A stretch of DNA of 36,303 nucleotides from Acidimicrobiia bacterium. Lineage in GTDB: Bacteria > Actinomycetota > Acidimicrobiia > Spongiisociales > UBA11373. The stretch lies in the NCBI GenBank assembly GCA_035514255.1, contig DATKBG010000202.1, positions 1-36,303 of the forward strand. Direction: 5' to 3'. The translations under genes were made by a program, and so were the position numbers. The notes beneath the pieces were generated by a model. It saw only the letters and a program-made list of their open reading frames with translations. It had not been told where the DNA came from and did no database searches. This document shows, piece by piece, positions 1 through 7,420 of the stretch. Each line of letters starts with the position of its first letter. Position 1 is the first letter of the stretch.

Positions 1-2
1 AG

Positions 3-302
3 CCTATCGCCGGGCGGGGCTGGGTCTGGGTCCTCGAGGCCGGTCGGGCCGTGGATCTGCTTCACGCCCGCTGTCGGGCCGGTCTCGCACTACCCGCAGA
101 ACCCCACCCTGACTCGGACGCTCGCGAGACCTACGAGGAGCTGGCGTCGATCGGTACTTGTCTGCTCGCCCTCGGTGACGAGGAGATGACCCCGCCGCCT
201 TCGTTCGACAACTGGGTGGCCTCAGATCCCGACACGCGATGGCACCCGTGGGTCGCACGGACAGGGATGATGCCTGAGGGTGCCGAGGAGTGCTTCGAGT
301 GA
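3..302 (+). CDS. C-terminal fragment of an unidentified protein (5' end outside the window)
   Basis: The frame is open from the window edge to TGA at 300-302, and third positions are mostly G/C. I recognise no family. The opposite-strand ORF 4..258 is R/P-rich junk. Confidence 0.35.
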   Translation, partial: PIAGRGWVWVLEAGRAVDLLHARCRAGLALPAEPHPDSDARETYEELASIGTCLLALGDEEMTPPPSFDNWVASDPDTRWHPWVARTGMMPEGAEECFE

Positions 303-356
303 CCGGGTGTGCCAGCGGGTAATCCCGGAGCGGACGCCCCCTCTCGACTCAGGAGT

Positions 357-833
357 TCAGCGGCCCGAGCCGGCCATCGATCCTGTCAGCGGCTGCAGGT
401 CGCGGGCAAACAGGGCACACAGCACCGTCCGATCGTCGGCCTCCCATGATTCACGCGTCGGGATGAGGGCAAAGAACTCCAGGTCCGACTCGGCACGGGG
501 CGAACCGACGAAGGACTCGAACTCCACGGCACAGCGCCGGTCGGACTCGTCGTCGAGTGCCAGGGCGCCGGGGTAGACATCACCCGACACGTCGTACACG
601 AAGTAGATCTCGCTGTCGTGCGGATCGTCGCAGGACATCACCAGCAACTGGGACACCGAGGCGGTCGAGGCACTCGGGTCCTCGAAGCAGTCGCCGGCTC
701 GCAGCTGGTCGACCGCCACCTCGCCTGCGCCCAGGATCTCGCCATCGGGGCCGCGTGCCGACCCGGTCGCGCCGCAGCCGACGCCGATGATGGCGATGGC
801 GGCGACGATGCCGATGATCCGGTCCCTGGCCAT
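357..833 (-). CDS. Membrane-anchored or lipoprotein with a septum-formation-type Cys-rich domain
   Basis: The ORF track starts at TTG 845, but ATG 833 follows a GGAGG Shine-Dalgarno with a 5-nt spacer. It has an N-terminal hydrophobic segment with a GVGCG lipobox-like site. The conserved pattern GDCF ... CDDPHD(S/N)EI ... C ... LTGSMAGSG is shared with the paralog at 31860..32690. Confidence 0.75.
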   Translation of the reverse strand: MARDRIIGIVAAIAIIGVGCGATGSARGPDGEILGAGEVAVDQLRAGDCFEDPSASTASVSQLLVMSCDDPHDSEIYFVYDVSGDVYPGALALDDESDRRCAVEFESFVGSPRAESDLEFFALIPTRESWEADDRTVLCALFARDLQPLTGSMAGSGR

Positions 834-913
834 CGGTCCCTCCAAGAGATGGCGTGAGAGGTGAGTCTACGACAGCCCCCAAACTGCACTCGACCCGGAT
901 GTATCGTGCCCCC

Positions 914-1546
914 ATGCGAGTCCGCCGAACTCTCGTCGTGGCCATCGCCGTGTTCGTCTCCTCGTGTGGAGGCTCCGCGACCAACACTCCCTCCATGACG
1001 GCACCCGCCGCCCCGACCACGGCCTCGACTTCGACGACGGCTGTCGCCGAGACCACTACCACGGTCGATGCAGAGTTCCTGCCCGCACACACCAACGACG
1101 CCGTCGTCGCCCTCTTCAGCGATGTGGTGGCGCCCCTCGGCTTTCGGATCACCCGGGGCTCACTCGTCGATCTCGCCGCGTACCGCTCCTCACCCGAGGG
1201 GCGCCACCTGGCGGTATACGTGGCACCGCTCGAGGAGTACAGCCCCGCCGACCATGCGGAAGCGTTCATGCCGCTGGCGCGACTCTTTCTGCCCATGGTG
1301 TTCGAACGGTGGAGGGGCCTCGAGTCCTTCGACATCTGCCAGGAGCCGCACTCGTGGGTCGGTGGGGGGACACCCCCGGCGGTGACCCTGTTCGATATCG
1401 ACAGAGCCACCGCGGAGGGCATCGACTGGGACACCGTCACGCTCGGCGATCTGATCCACCTCGCCGACGGCCACGACCACCTCCGGGTCACCGCCAACCC
1501 CGAGGTGGCGGCATCCGACCCCTGGCGACTCGCCTCCGGAGATTGA
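914..1546 (+). CDS. Putative lipoprotein of unknown function
   Basis: It has a signal peptide MRVRRTLVVAIAVFVSSCGGS with a lipobox Cys, followed by an Ala/Thr-rich linker. The start could instead be 899 or 854. Confidence 0.65.
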   Translation: MRVRRTLVVAIAVFVSSCGGSATNTPSMTAPAAPTTASTSTTAVAETTTTVDAEFLPAHTNDAVVALFSDVVAPLGFRITRGSLVDLAAYRSSPEGRHLAVYVAPLEEYSPADHAEAFMPLARLFLPMVFERWRGLESFDICQEPHSWVGGGTPPAVTLFDIDRATAEGIDWDTVTLGDLIHLADGHDHLRVTANPEVAASDPWRLASGD

Positions 1547-1605
1547 CCGCCCACTAGTGTCCGTCGGGTGAGGAAGACCGACCGACATACCCCGGGGCAC
1601 CGAGC

Positions 1606-2019
1606 ATGAAGCTCACCTCGGCAATGCTCGCCGACGCCGCCCAGGTGACGGCAGGCAAGCTCTACGTCCTCGGCGGCGCCTTCGACACGATCACCGCCCG
1701 AGCCTTCCCGGTGGTGTACAGGAGCATCGCCGTGGTCCTGGTGGCGGAGGTCGGCCCGGCCGACCGCAATCGGGACCTCCTGATCAAGATCACCCTCGTC
1801 GACGAGGACGGGGCCGACATGGGCGTGCGCTCCGAAGGCAACCTGAGGGTGGGAGCCCCGTCGTCACTTCCCGCCGGCGCCTCCAACGTGGTACCGCTCG
1901 TCGGCGCCTTCGGCAACGTTCGGTTCCCGAAGGCGGGAGGCTACGTGTTCATCGTGGAGGGCGAGGACGAGGAACTCGCCCGCATCCCCTTCCGGGTGCG
2001 CGGCGTCGACACACCGTGA
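1606..2019 (+). CDS. Hypothetical protein (137 aa)
   Basis: This is a clean ORF with protein-like composition. Its stop overlaps the pgsA GTG start (GTGA at 2016-2019), which implies co-translation. Confidence 0.65.
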   Translation: MKLTSAMLADAAQVTAGKLYVLGGAFDTITARAFPVVYRSIAVVLVAEVGPADRNRDLLIKITLVDEDGADMGVRSEGNLRVGAPSSLPAGASNVVPLVGAFGNVRFPKAGGYVFIVEGEDEELARIPFRVRGVDTP

Positions 2020-2582
2020 CCATTCCGAACGTCGTTTCTGGGATTCGCATCCTGCTCGTCCCGCTGTTCCTCTGGTTGTTGCTGGCCCGGGACGACGCCG
2101 CAGCCGCCGGGTTGCTCTTCCTCGGAATCGGCGCCACCGACTGGGTCGACGGTTACCTCGCCCGGCGCCTCGACCAGGTCTCCGCCATCGGGAAGATCCT
2201 CGATCCCACCGCCGATCGCCTCGCCGTCGGCGCCGCCGTGATCGGGGGTTGGATCGCCGGAGTCCTGCCGTGGCCGGTGGCGCTGGCGATCGTCGTGCGT
2301 GAAGTGATCGTGACGACGGTGGCAGCCATACTCGCCATCCGCCTCAAGACCGCCCTCGAGGTGCGCTGGGTCGGCAAGGTGGGGACGTTCGTCCTGTACG
2401 GAGCCATCGCTGCGTTCTACGTCCACGCCGGGTGGGATCACGACGCCGTCCTGTGGCTCGCCTGGGCCGGGGCCATTCCGGCCCTCGTCTTCTATTACGT
2501 CTCGGCGGTCATGTACATCGGGGACGCCCGCCGTCTCATCGCGGCCGGTCCGCCGGTATCCTCGGGCCCGTCGTCGACCTGA
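2016..2582 (+). CDS. pgsA: CDP-alcohol phosphatidyltransferase (CDP-diacylglycerol-glycerol-3-phosphate 3-phosphatidyltransferase-like)
   Basis: It carries the motif DWVDGYLARRLDQVSAIGKILDPTADRL, matching D-x2-DG-x2-AR-x8-G-x3-D-x3-D, and several TM segments. Confidence 0.85.
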   Translation: MTIPNVVSGIRILLVPLFLWLLLARDDAAAAGLLFLGIGATDWVDGYLARRLDQVSAIGKILDPTADRLAVGAAVIGGWIAGVLPWPVALAIVVREVIVTTVAAILAIRLKTALEVRWVGKVGTFVLYGAIAAFYVHAGWDHDAVLWLAWAGAIPALVFYYVSAVMYIGDARRLIAAGPPVSSGPSST

Positions 2583-2586
2583 GAGG

Positions 2587-2973
2587 GTGCCGGTGAACGT
2601 CCCCGAGGACCGCAGATACACCGATCAACACGAGTGGGTCCTCGCCATCGACGATGGGGGAGTGCGCATCGGTATCACCGACTACGCCCAGGACGCACTC
2701 GGTGACGTGGTCTTCGTCGCCATCGTCGCCGCCGGAACCACCGTCGCCGCGGGGGACACCATCGCTGAGATCGAGTCGACCAAATCGGTCGCCGAGGTCT
2801 ACGCGCCGATCGCCGGGGAGGTGGCTGCAATCAACGACGCGCTCGTGGCCGACCCGGCGCTCGTCAACGGGTCACCCTACGACGATGCGTGGTTCGTCGT
2901 CATCACACCGAACGACCCGGGCGCGATCGATGCGCTCATGGACGCCGCCGCGTACAGCAACCTGATCCGCTGA
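2587..2973 (+). CDS. gcvH: Glycine cleavage system H protein
   Basis: It has YTDQHEWV, GITDYAQDALGDVVFV and the lipoyl-lysine motif IESTKSVAEVYAPIAGEV. The start is GTG. Confidence 0.95.
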   Translation: MPVNVPEDRRYTDQHEWVLAIDDGGVRIGITDYAQDALGDVVFVAIVAAGTTVAAGDTIAEIESTKSVAEVYAPIAGEVAAINDALVADPALVNGSPYDDAWFVVITPNDPGAIDALMDAAAYSNLIR

Positions 2974-3017
2974 CCCTCGACCTGCAGTCGAAGGATCAGG
3001 GGTACCATTCCCTCGTG

Positions 3018-3437
3018 ATGGCCGATACCTCAACCCCGGATCCCGGGGACACCACCGAACACGATCCGACCGAGACCATCGACCCGGTGGGCGAGGCGAG
3101 AGCGGTTCGCGAACGCGAAGCAGCGGCCGGGATCCCCGGCCTCGCCGGCTACGCCCTGATCGTGGCTTCCGGTCCCCGACGCGGCATGCACTGGGCCCTT
3201 CCCGAGGGGAGCACCGAGGCCGGTCGCGACGTCGACGCGCCCATCTACCTCGCCGACGTGACCGTGTCCAGACACCACGCCGAGTTCACCGTCGAAGACG
3301 GAGTCCTCACCGTGCGCGACCTCGGTTCGACCAACGGAACCTACGTGAACGGCCGTCGGGCCGATACGGCGGTCCTCGACGCCGCCGACGAGGTCATCAT
3401 CGGACGCTTCCACCTCGTGGTCGCCCGCGGCGCATGA
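3018..3437 (+). CDS. garA: FHA-domain regulator, GarA/OdhI-like
   Basis: The C-terminal FHA domain (GR ... DVTVSRHHAEF ... DLGSTNGTYVNG ... GDEV-like ... IGRFHLV) closely resembles GarA. The N-terminus is Thr-rich (TTEHDPTETID). ATG 3018 was chosen inside track ORF 2889..3437 because the upstream part overlaps gcvH. Confidence 0.85.
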   Translation: MADTSTPDPGDTTEHDPTETIDPVGEARAVREREAAAGIPGLAGYALIVASGPRRGMHWALPEGSTEAGRDVDAPIYLADVTVSRHHAEFTVEDGVLTVRDLGSTNGTYVNGRRADTAVLDAADEVIIGRFHLVVARGA

Positions 3438-4129
3438 GCGGGGGAGAGCGCATCACGATCGGCGACGTCGCCGAGGCCCTCAAGGCCGAGTTCCCTGAGG
3501 TGAGCGTGTCCAAGATCCGATTCCTCGAGAGCGAGGGGTTGATCAACCCTCCACGCACCTCGAGCGGTTATCGCGAGTTTCGCTCCGAGGACGTCGAGCG
3601 GGTCCGCTACATCCTTCGCCAGCAGCGCGACCACTTCCTGCCCCTGAAGGTGATCAAGAGCAACCTCAGATCCCTGGAGCGGGGAGAGGAGCCCACCCTG
3701 GCGCCGACGCCGGGGCCGCCCGCCGCCGCCTACTTCGGTGAGATGACACCGCCGACCCTCGACGCCGCCGACCTCGCCCGTAGCGCCGGAATGCCGGCAT
3801 CGCTCGTCGACGAGCTGGTGGATCACGGCATCATCGTTCCTACCGAGACGCCCGATGGCCCCCTGTTCGGCGCCGATGACGTCGAGATCGCCAAGGCGGC
3901 ATGGCGGATGGTGGGGCACGGCCTCGAGTCGCGCCATCTCCGGATAATCCGGCAGGGCGCGAACCGCGAGGTAGACCTGCTCCGGCAGATGACGGCGACG
4001 CTGCTGCGCCACGCCAGCCCCGCTTCGCGCCGTCAGGCCGCCGAGGTCCTCGCCGAGGTCGCCCAGGCGGCGAGGACGATGCAGGAGGCGATGGTGCGAG
4101 CCGCCCTCCGAGAAACACTCAACGGCTGA
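3434..4129 (+). CDS. MerR-family transcriptional regulator (Rv1828/FtsR-like)
   Basis: The N-terminal HTH reads ITIGDVAEAL ... VSKIRFLESEGLINPPRTSSGYREF. There is an ATGA overlap with the garA-like stop. Confidence 0.85.
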   Translation: MSGGERITIGDVAEALKAEFPEVSVSKIRFLESEGLINPPRTSSGYREFRSEDVERVRYILRQQRDHFLPLKVIKSNLRSLERGEEPTLAPTPGPPAAAYFGEMTPPTLDAADLARSAGMPASLVDELVDHGIIVPTETPDGPLFGADDVEIAKAAWRMVGHGLESRHLRIIRQGANREVDLLRQMTATLLRHASPASRRQAAEVLAEVAQAARTMQEAMVRAALRETLNG

Positions 4130-4131
4130 TC

Positions 4132-5160
4132 GTGCTCCCGGCCGCCCTCGTATCTCTCGCGCTATCGATCGGTCCGGGGCCGCTGCACGCCCCGGTTCCA
4201 CCGGCGACCGCCTACCCCCTCAGTCCGCCGCCGGTGGTCGACGCCGCCGCTTGGAAGGCGTGGTCGGTCACGGCCAACGCCGAGATCGGATCCCTCAACG
4301 CCGACCGGCAGCGACCCCTGGCGTCGCTCACCAAACTCCTCACGGCGATCCTGGTGGTTGAGAATGCCAGCCTCCTCGACTCGAGCACGATCAGTGCGAC
4401 CGCAGCCGCCGCCCCCCTCGGCTACATCGGCCAGCCGGCGATACGCCGGGGGGAGGTCTGGCTGGTCGGCCAGCTGCTCGAGATGATGATGGTGCAGTCG
4501 AGCAACGACGCCTCGGTCGCTCTCGCCGAGCACATCTCCGGCTCGGTAGGGGCGTTTGTGCAACTCATGAACCAACGGGCCGCCGAGATCGGGATGAACG
4601 ACTCGCGGTTCCGCAACCCGAACGGCCTCGACGCCGTAGGCCACTACTCGTCGGCCAACGACATCATTCGCCTCGGCCTGGAGGCCCTCAAGCACCCTGA
4701 GGTGCTCGCCGTGGTCAGAGTTCGACAGGTGTCGTTCGCCATCGGTGGTCGGCAGGTCAAGATCACCGCCACCAACCGCGATCTGGGCGTGTACCCGGAG
4801 TTCCTCGGCCTGCGCACCGGGGACACGCTCATGGCCGGCCAAACCCTCCTGGCGTACGTTGAGGCGCCCCGGGGTGACATCCTCGCCGTGGTCCTGGGAT
4901 CCACCGACCGGCGGAAGGCGTCGCGCGCTCTGCTCGCCTGGGCTTCACAGGCGCTCGGGCCGCGCGACTACCTGCTCGCCCCGGCCACCCAGAGCGCAGC
5001 CGGTGACACCCTGCCGGACTGGTACCACACGCGACTCGAAGCGGCGCTGGCCCCGCTGCCGACCGGAGATCCCACGCCGGGCCGGGCGTCGCCGCTCACC
5101 GACGCCCTCGACGCCCGTATCAATGAACTGATGCCCGGTGTGCTCGGAGGCGGCCGATGA
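4132..5160 (+). CDS. D-alanyl-D-alanine carboxypeptidase (peptidase S11, PBP5-type)
   Basis: It has SxxK (ASLTK), SxN (SSND) and a KTG-like (RTGD) motif, plus a signal-like N-terminus. GTG 4132 lies just after the MerR stop. The track ORF start at 3901 lies inside the MerR gene. Confidence 0.82.
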   Translation: MLPAALVSLALSIGPGPLHAPVPPATAYPLSPPPVVDAAAWKAWSVTANAEIGSLNADRQRPLASLTKLLTAILVVENASLLDSSTISATAAAAPLGYIGQPAIRRGEVWLVGQLLEMMMVQSSNDASVALAEHISGSVGAFVQLMNQRAAEIGMNDSRFRNPNGLDAVGHYSSANDIIRLGLEALKHPEVLAVVRVRQVSFAIGGRQVKITATNRDLGVYPEFLGLRTGDTLMAGQTLLAYVEAPRGDILAVVLGSTDRRKASRALLAWASQALGPRDYLLAPATQSAAGDTLPDWYHTRLEAALAPLPTGDPTPGRASPLTDALDARINELMPGVLGGGR

Positions 5161-5738
5161 CCGTCCTCGCCGAAGTCATCGACGCGATCACGCTCGAGCG
5201 GCGCATCGCCGAACTGGGTGCAGAGATATCCGAGGCGTATTGCGACGGCGACCTGGTCCTCCTCGGCGTGCTCAACGGGTCGGTCCCGTTTCTCGCCGAC
5301 CTGTCTCGCCATCTCCCGACATCAATCGAGATCGACTTTCTCAGCCTGACGCGCTTCGGCGAGAAGGGGAGGGTCGGTATCGCCGTCGATTCGGGCACGG
5401 CCATCACCGGGCGCCATGTCCTCGTGGTCGAAGACATCGTCGACACCGGCCTCGCCCTGTCGTCGGTACGCACGCTGCTCGAAACCAGGCGTCCGGCCTC
5501 AGTGGCGACGGTCACCCTCCTCGACAAGCGGCCCCGGCGCATCGTGGAAGTCCCCTTGGAGTACCGCGGATTCGAGGTGGGGGATGAGTTCATCATCGGC
5601 TACGGCCTCGATTGGGAGGGCCGATACCGCAATGTTCCGTCGCTATGGGCGGTGCTCGACCTGCCACGGTTCCAGGAAGACCCCGAGCGGTACGCCGCGG
5701 AGGCTTTCTGGCATGCCACTGATAGGCTGTCCGGGTGA
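5157..5738 (+). CDS. hpt: Hypoxanthine phosphoribosyltransferase
   Basis: It has the PRPP-binding loop VLVVEDIVDTGLAL and LLGVLNGSVPFLADL. There is an ATGA overlap with the upstream stop. Confidence 0.9.
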   Translation: MTVLAEVIDAITLERRIAELGAEISEAYCDGDLVLLGVLNGSVPFLADLSRHLPTSIEIDFLSLTRFGEKGRVGIAVDSGTAITGRHVLVVEDIVDTGLALSSVRTLLETRRPASVATVTLLDKRPRRIVEVPLEYRGFEVGDEFIIGYGLDWEGRYRNVPSLWAVLDLPRFQEDPERYAAEAFWHATDRLSG

Positions 5739-6226
5739 CCAGCGATGCCATCCCGGTGGAGCTGATCGGTGTCCGTATCGAGCTGCCCACCAATACACCG
5801 ATCGTCCTCCTACGCGAACGCGGCGGCGATCGGTTCCTGCCGATCCTCATCGGCGCCAACGAAGCCGCCGCTATCGCCTTCGCCTTAGAGGGAATGGAAC
5901 CACCCCGCCCCATGACTCACGACCTGCTGCGCGACGTCACCGTCGCCCTCGGGGCGACCGTGGAGCGCGTGGTCCTCACCGACCTACGCGACGGGATCTA
6001 CTTCGCCGACCTGGTCCTCGCTACGAATGGCACCGAGACCATCGTGTCCGCCAGACCATCAGACTCGATCGCACTCGCCGTCCGCTCCGGTGCGCCCATC
6101 TTCGTGAGTCCGGCCATCCTCGACGAAGCGGGGGTCGAGATACGCGACGAGGACGAGGAGGAGGAGGTCGCCCGATTCCGCAACTTTCTCGCCGACGTTT
6201 CACCGGACGACTTCGGGACAGGCTGA
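5735..6226 (+). CDS. Bifunctional nuclease family protein (DUF151, Rv1829-like)
   Basis: It reads IVLLRERGGDRFLPILIGANEAAAIAFALEG ... PRPMTHDLL and has an acidic C-terminal tail. There is a GTGA overlap with the hpt stop. Confidence 0.85.
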   Translation: MTSDAIPVELIGVRIELPTNTPIVLLRERGGDRFLPILIGANEAAAIAFALEGMEPPRPMTHDLLRDVTVALGATVERVVLTDLRDGIYFADLVLATNGTETIVSARPSDSIALAVRSGAPIFVSPAILDEAGVEIRDEDEEEEVARFRNFLADVSPDDFGTG

Positions 6227-6235
6227 CAGAGCCGA

Positions 6236-6267
6236 GTACTTGGTACTTGGTACTTGGTATTTGGTAT
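6236..6267. repeat. Tandem heptamer array (GTACTTG)x3-GTATTTG-GTAT
   Basis: Read directly from the sequence. It is an AT-rich island 10 nt after the nuclease stop and 38 nt upstream of the putative merR2 -35. Confidence 0.9.
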
Positions 6268-6304
6268 CCCGCAGCGCCAAACGCGAGGTTTTCCACAGGG
6301 GTTG

Positions 6305-6334
6305 TTGACAACTCGGGTGCGCGATTCCTAACTT
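6305..6334 (+). promoter_or_regulatory. Candidate sigma-70-type promoter for the second merR gene
   Basis: TTGACA (6305-6310), an 18-nt spacer, then TAACTT (6329-6334). A stem-loop ggtagttccc-ttc-gggaaattacc follows in the leader, before GTG 6404. Confidence 0.4.
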
Positions 6335-6403
6335 CCAGTCGGGTAGTTCCCTTCGGGAAATTACCGTGGTGTAAGCTTCGCTCTGGGAAGGTGAGGTCTG
6401 GCC

Positions 6404-6874
6404 GTGAATAGTGAACAGGGTTTCCGCGCACCCGAGGTGTGCCGACTCGTCGGAATCTCATATCGCCAACTCGACTACTGGGCACGCACCGACCTGCTGA
6501 AGCCCTCCCTCCAGGAGGCGCAGGGCTCGGGTACGCAACGCCAGTACTCCTTTTCCGACGTCGTGCAACTGCGGGTGGTCAAGCGATTGCTCGACGCCGG
6601 CATGAGCCTCAAGAAAGTCCGGCAGGCGATGGACATCCTGCGCGATCGCCTCGACAGCGACAACCCGCTGAGCGAGGTGACCCTCCTCTCGGACGGGCAG
6701 ACGATCTACGCCGCCAACAGCGACCAGGACGTCGTCGACCTCTTCCGCGGGGGGCAGGGAGTGTTCGGCATCGCCGTCGGACCGGTCCAGGAACAGCTCG
6801 AGGGGGAAATACTCGAATTGCTGCCCGAGCGTGCCAGCATGACCGGAGCAGAACACGCCACCATGGAGGCCTGA
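6404..6874 (+). CDS. MerR-family transcriptional regulator (Rv1830-like)
   Basis: The HTH reads FRAPEVCRLVGISYRQLDYWARTDLLKPS ... GTQRQYSFSDVVQLRVVKRLLDAGMSLKKV. The start is GTG. Confidence 0.85.
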   Translation: MNSEQGFRAPEVCRLVGISYRQLDYWARTDLLKPSLQEAQGSGTQRQYSFSDVVQLRVVKRLLDAGMSLKKVRQAMDILRDRLDSDNPLSEVTLLSDGQTIYAANSDQDVVDLFRGGQGVFGIAVGPVQEQLEGEILELLPERASMTGAEHATMEA

Positions 6875-6875
6875 G

Positions 6876-7307
6876 CTGACCGTCGACTTCCGGACCGAAG
6901 CGGACCTGGTCGCCTTCGCTCACGAGAGCGAGAGGCAGTTCGCACGGCTCCTCGACTTCTACGGGATCACGTGGGAGTACGAACCGGCATCGTTCGCCAT
7001 CGAGTTCGACGAGACCGGTGAAGCAGCCAAGTACTTCACGCCCGACTTCTACCTGCCCGACGAGAACATGTACATCGAGATCACCACGATGAACCAGAAG
7101 CTCGTCACCAAGAAGAACCGCAAGGTGCGTTTGCTGCGTCAACATCATCCGCAGGTCTCCTGCAAGGTGTTCTACCAGCGGGACTACCTGCACCTTCTGA
7201 TCAAGTACGGCCTCGAAACCACCCCGGAACTCGACGACGTCACCGCACCGACCCGTATCCCCGGTCCGGTACAGGTCATCGACCTGGGTGATTCCGAGGT
7301 CGGCTAA
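6876..7307 (+). CDS. Conserved-looking hypothetical protein, possibly with a PD-(D/E)xK-like nuclease fold; start codon unresolved
   Basis: My own translation of the frame gives LTVDFRTEADLVAFAHESERQFARLLDFYGITWEYEPASFAIEFDETGEAAKYFTPDFYLPDENMYIEITTMNQKLVTKKNRKVRLL ... The frame opens after TGA 6840-6842 and contains no ATG, GTG or TTG before ATG 7068. The track therefore lists only 7068..7307. Confidence 0.5.
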   Translation: MTVDFRTEADLVAFAHESERQFARLLDFYGITWEYEPASFAIEFDETGEAAKYFTPDFYLPDENMYIEITTMNQKLVTKKNRKVRLLRQHHPQVSCKVFYQRDYLHLLIKYGLETTPELDDVTAPTRIPGPVQVIDLGDSEVG

Positions 7308-7313
7308 GAGCCT

Positions 7314-7358
7314 CCGGTACTTAGTATTTGGTACCAAGTACTAAGTACCAAATACCGG
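7314..7358. repeat. Imperfect 21-bp-stem palindrome built from GTAYTTG-type heptamers (CCGGTACTTAGTATTTGGTACCAAGTACTAAGTACCAAATACCGG)
   Basis: By hand pairing, 17 Watson-Crick plus 2 G-T pairs out of 21 around a CAA loop. It starts 7 nt after the TAA at 7305-7307 and ends 62 nt before gcvT GTG 7421. Confidence 0.85.
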
Positions 7359-7407
7359 CCAGGGGAGTGCCGTCAGGACTTCGAGCCTTGAGACTGAGGA
7401 CGCTCAC

Positions 7408-7413
7408 TAGAGT
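7408..7413 (+). promoter_or_regulatory. Possible -10 hexamer (TAGAGT) giving a leaderless gcvT transcript
   Basis: The TAnnnT hexamer ends 7 nt before GTG 7421, and no Shine-Dalgarno lies between them. There is no convincing -35. Confidence 0.3.
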
Positions 7414-7420
7414 CCCGCCC

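Noticed and set aside
357-389. The conserved C-terminal LTGSMAGSG read as a sorting signal for the class E sortase at 16454..17389.
   Set aside because: Class E sortases use LAxTG followed by a hydrophobic segment and a basic tail. Here the motif lies at the very C-terminus with no TM segment, so it is more likely the end of the conserved domain.
580-1554. Long antisense or alternate-frame ORFs typical of GC-rich DNA. Examples are 580..1554(-), 6609..7337(-), 9725..11044(-), 17460..18521(+), 30568..31869(-), 35061..36200(+) and 33236..34144(+).
   Set aside because: Their translations are Arg/Pro/Gly/Ala-rich with no motifs. Each lies opposite a gene with clear family signatures.
3901-4131. 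The N-terminal 77-aa extension of the carboxypeptidase ORF.
   Set aside because: It overlaps the MerR gene in another frame and is Arg/Pro/Gly-rich. GTG 4132 directly follows the MerR stop and yields a signal peptide.
7308-7420. A glycine riboswitch was expected upstream of gcvT.
   Set aside because: Neither conserved aptamer core is visible by eye, and the region is too short for a tandem aptamer plus expression platform. A covariance-model scan would settle it.
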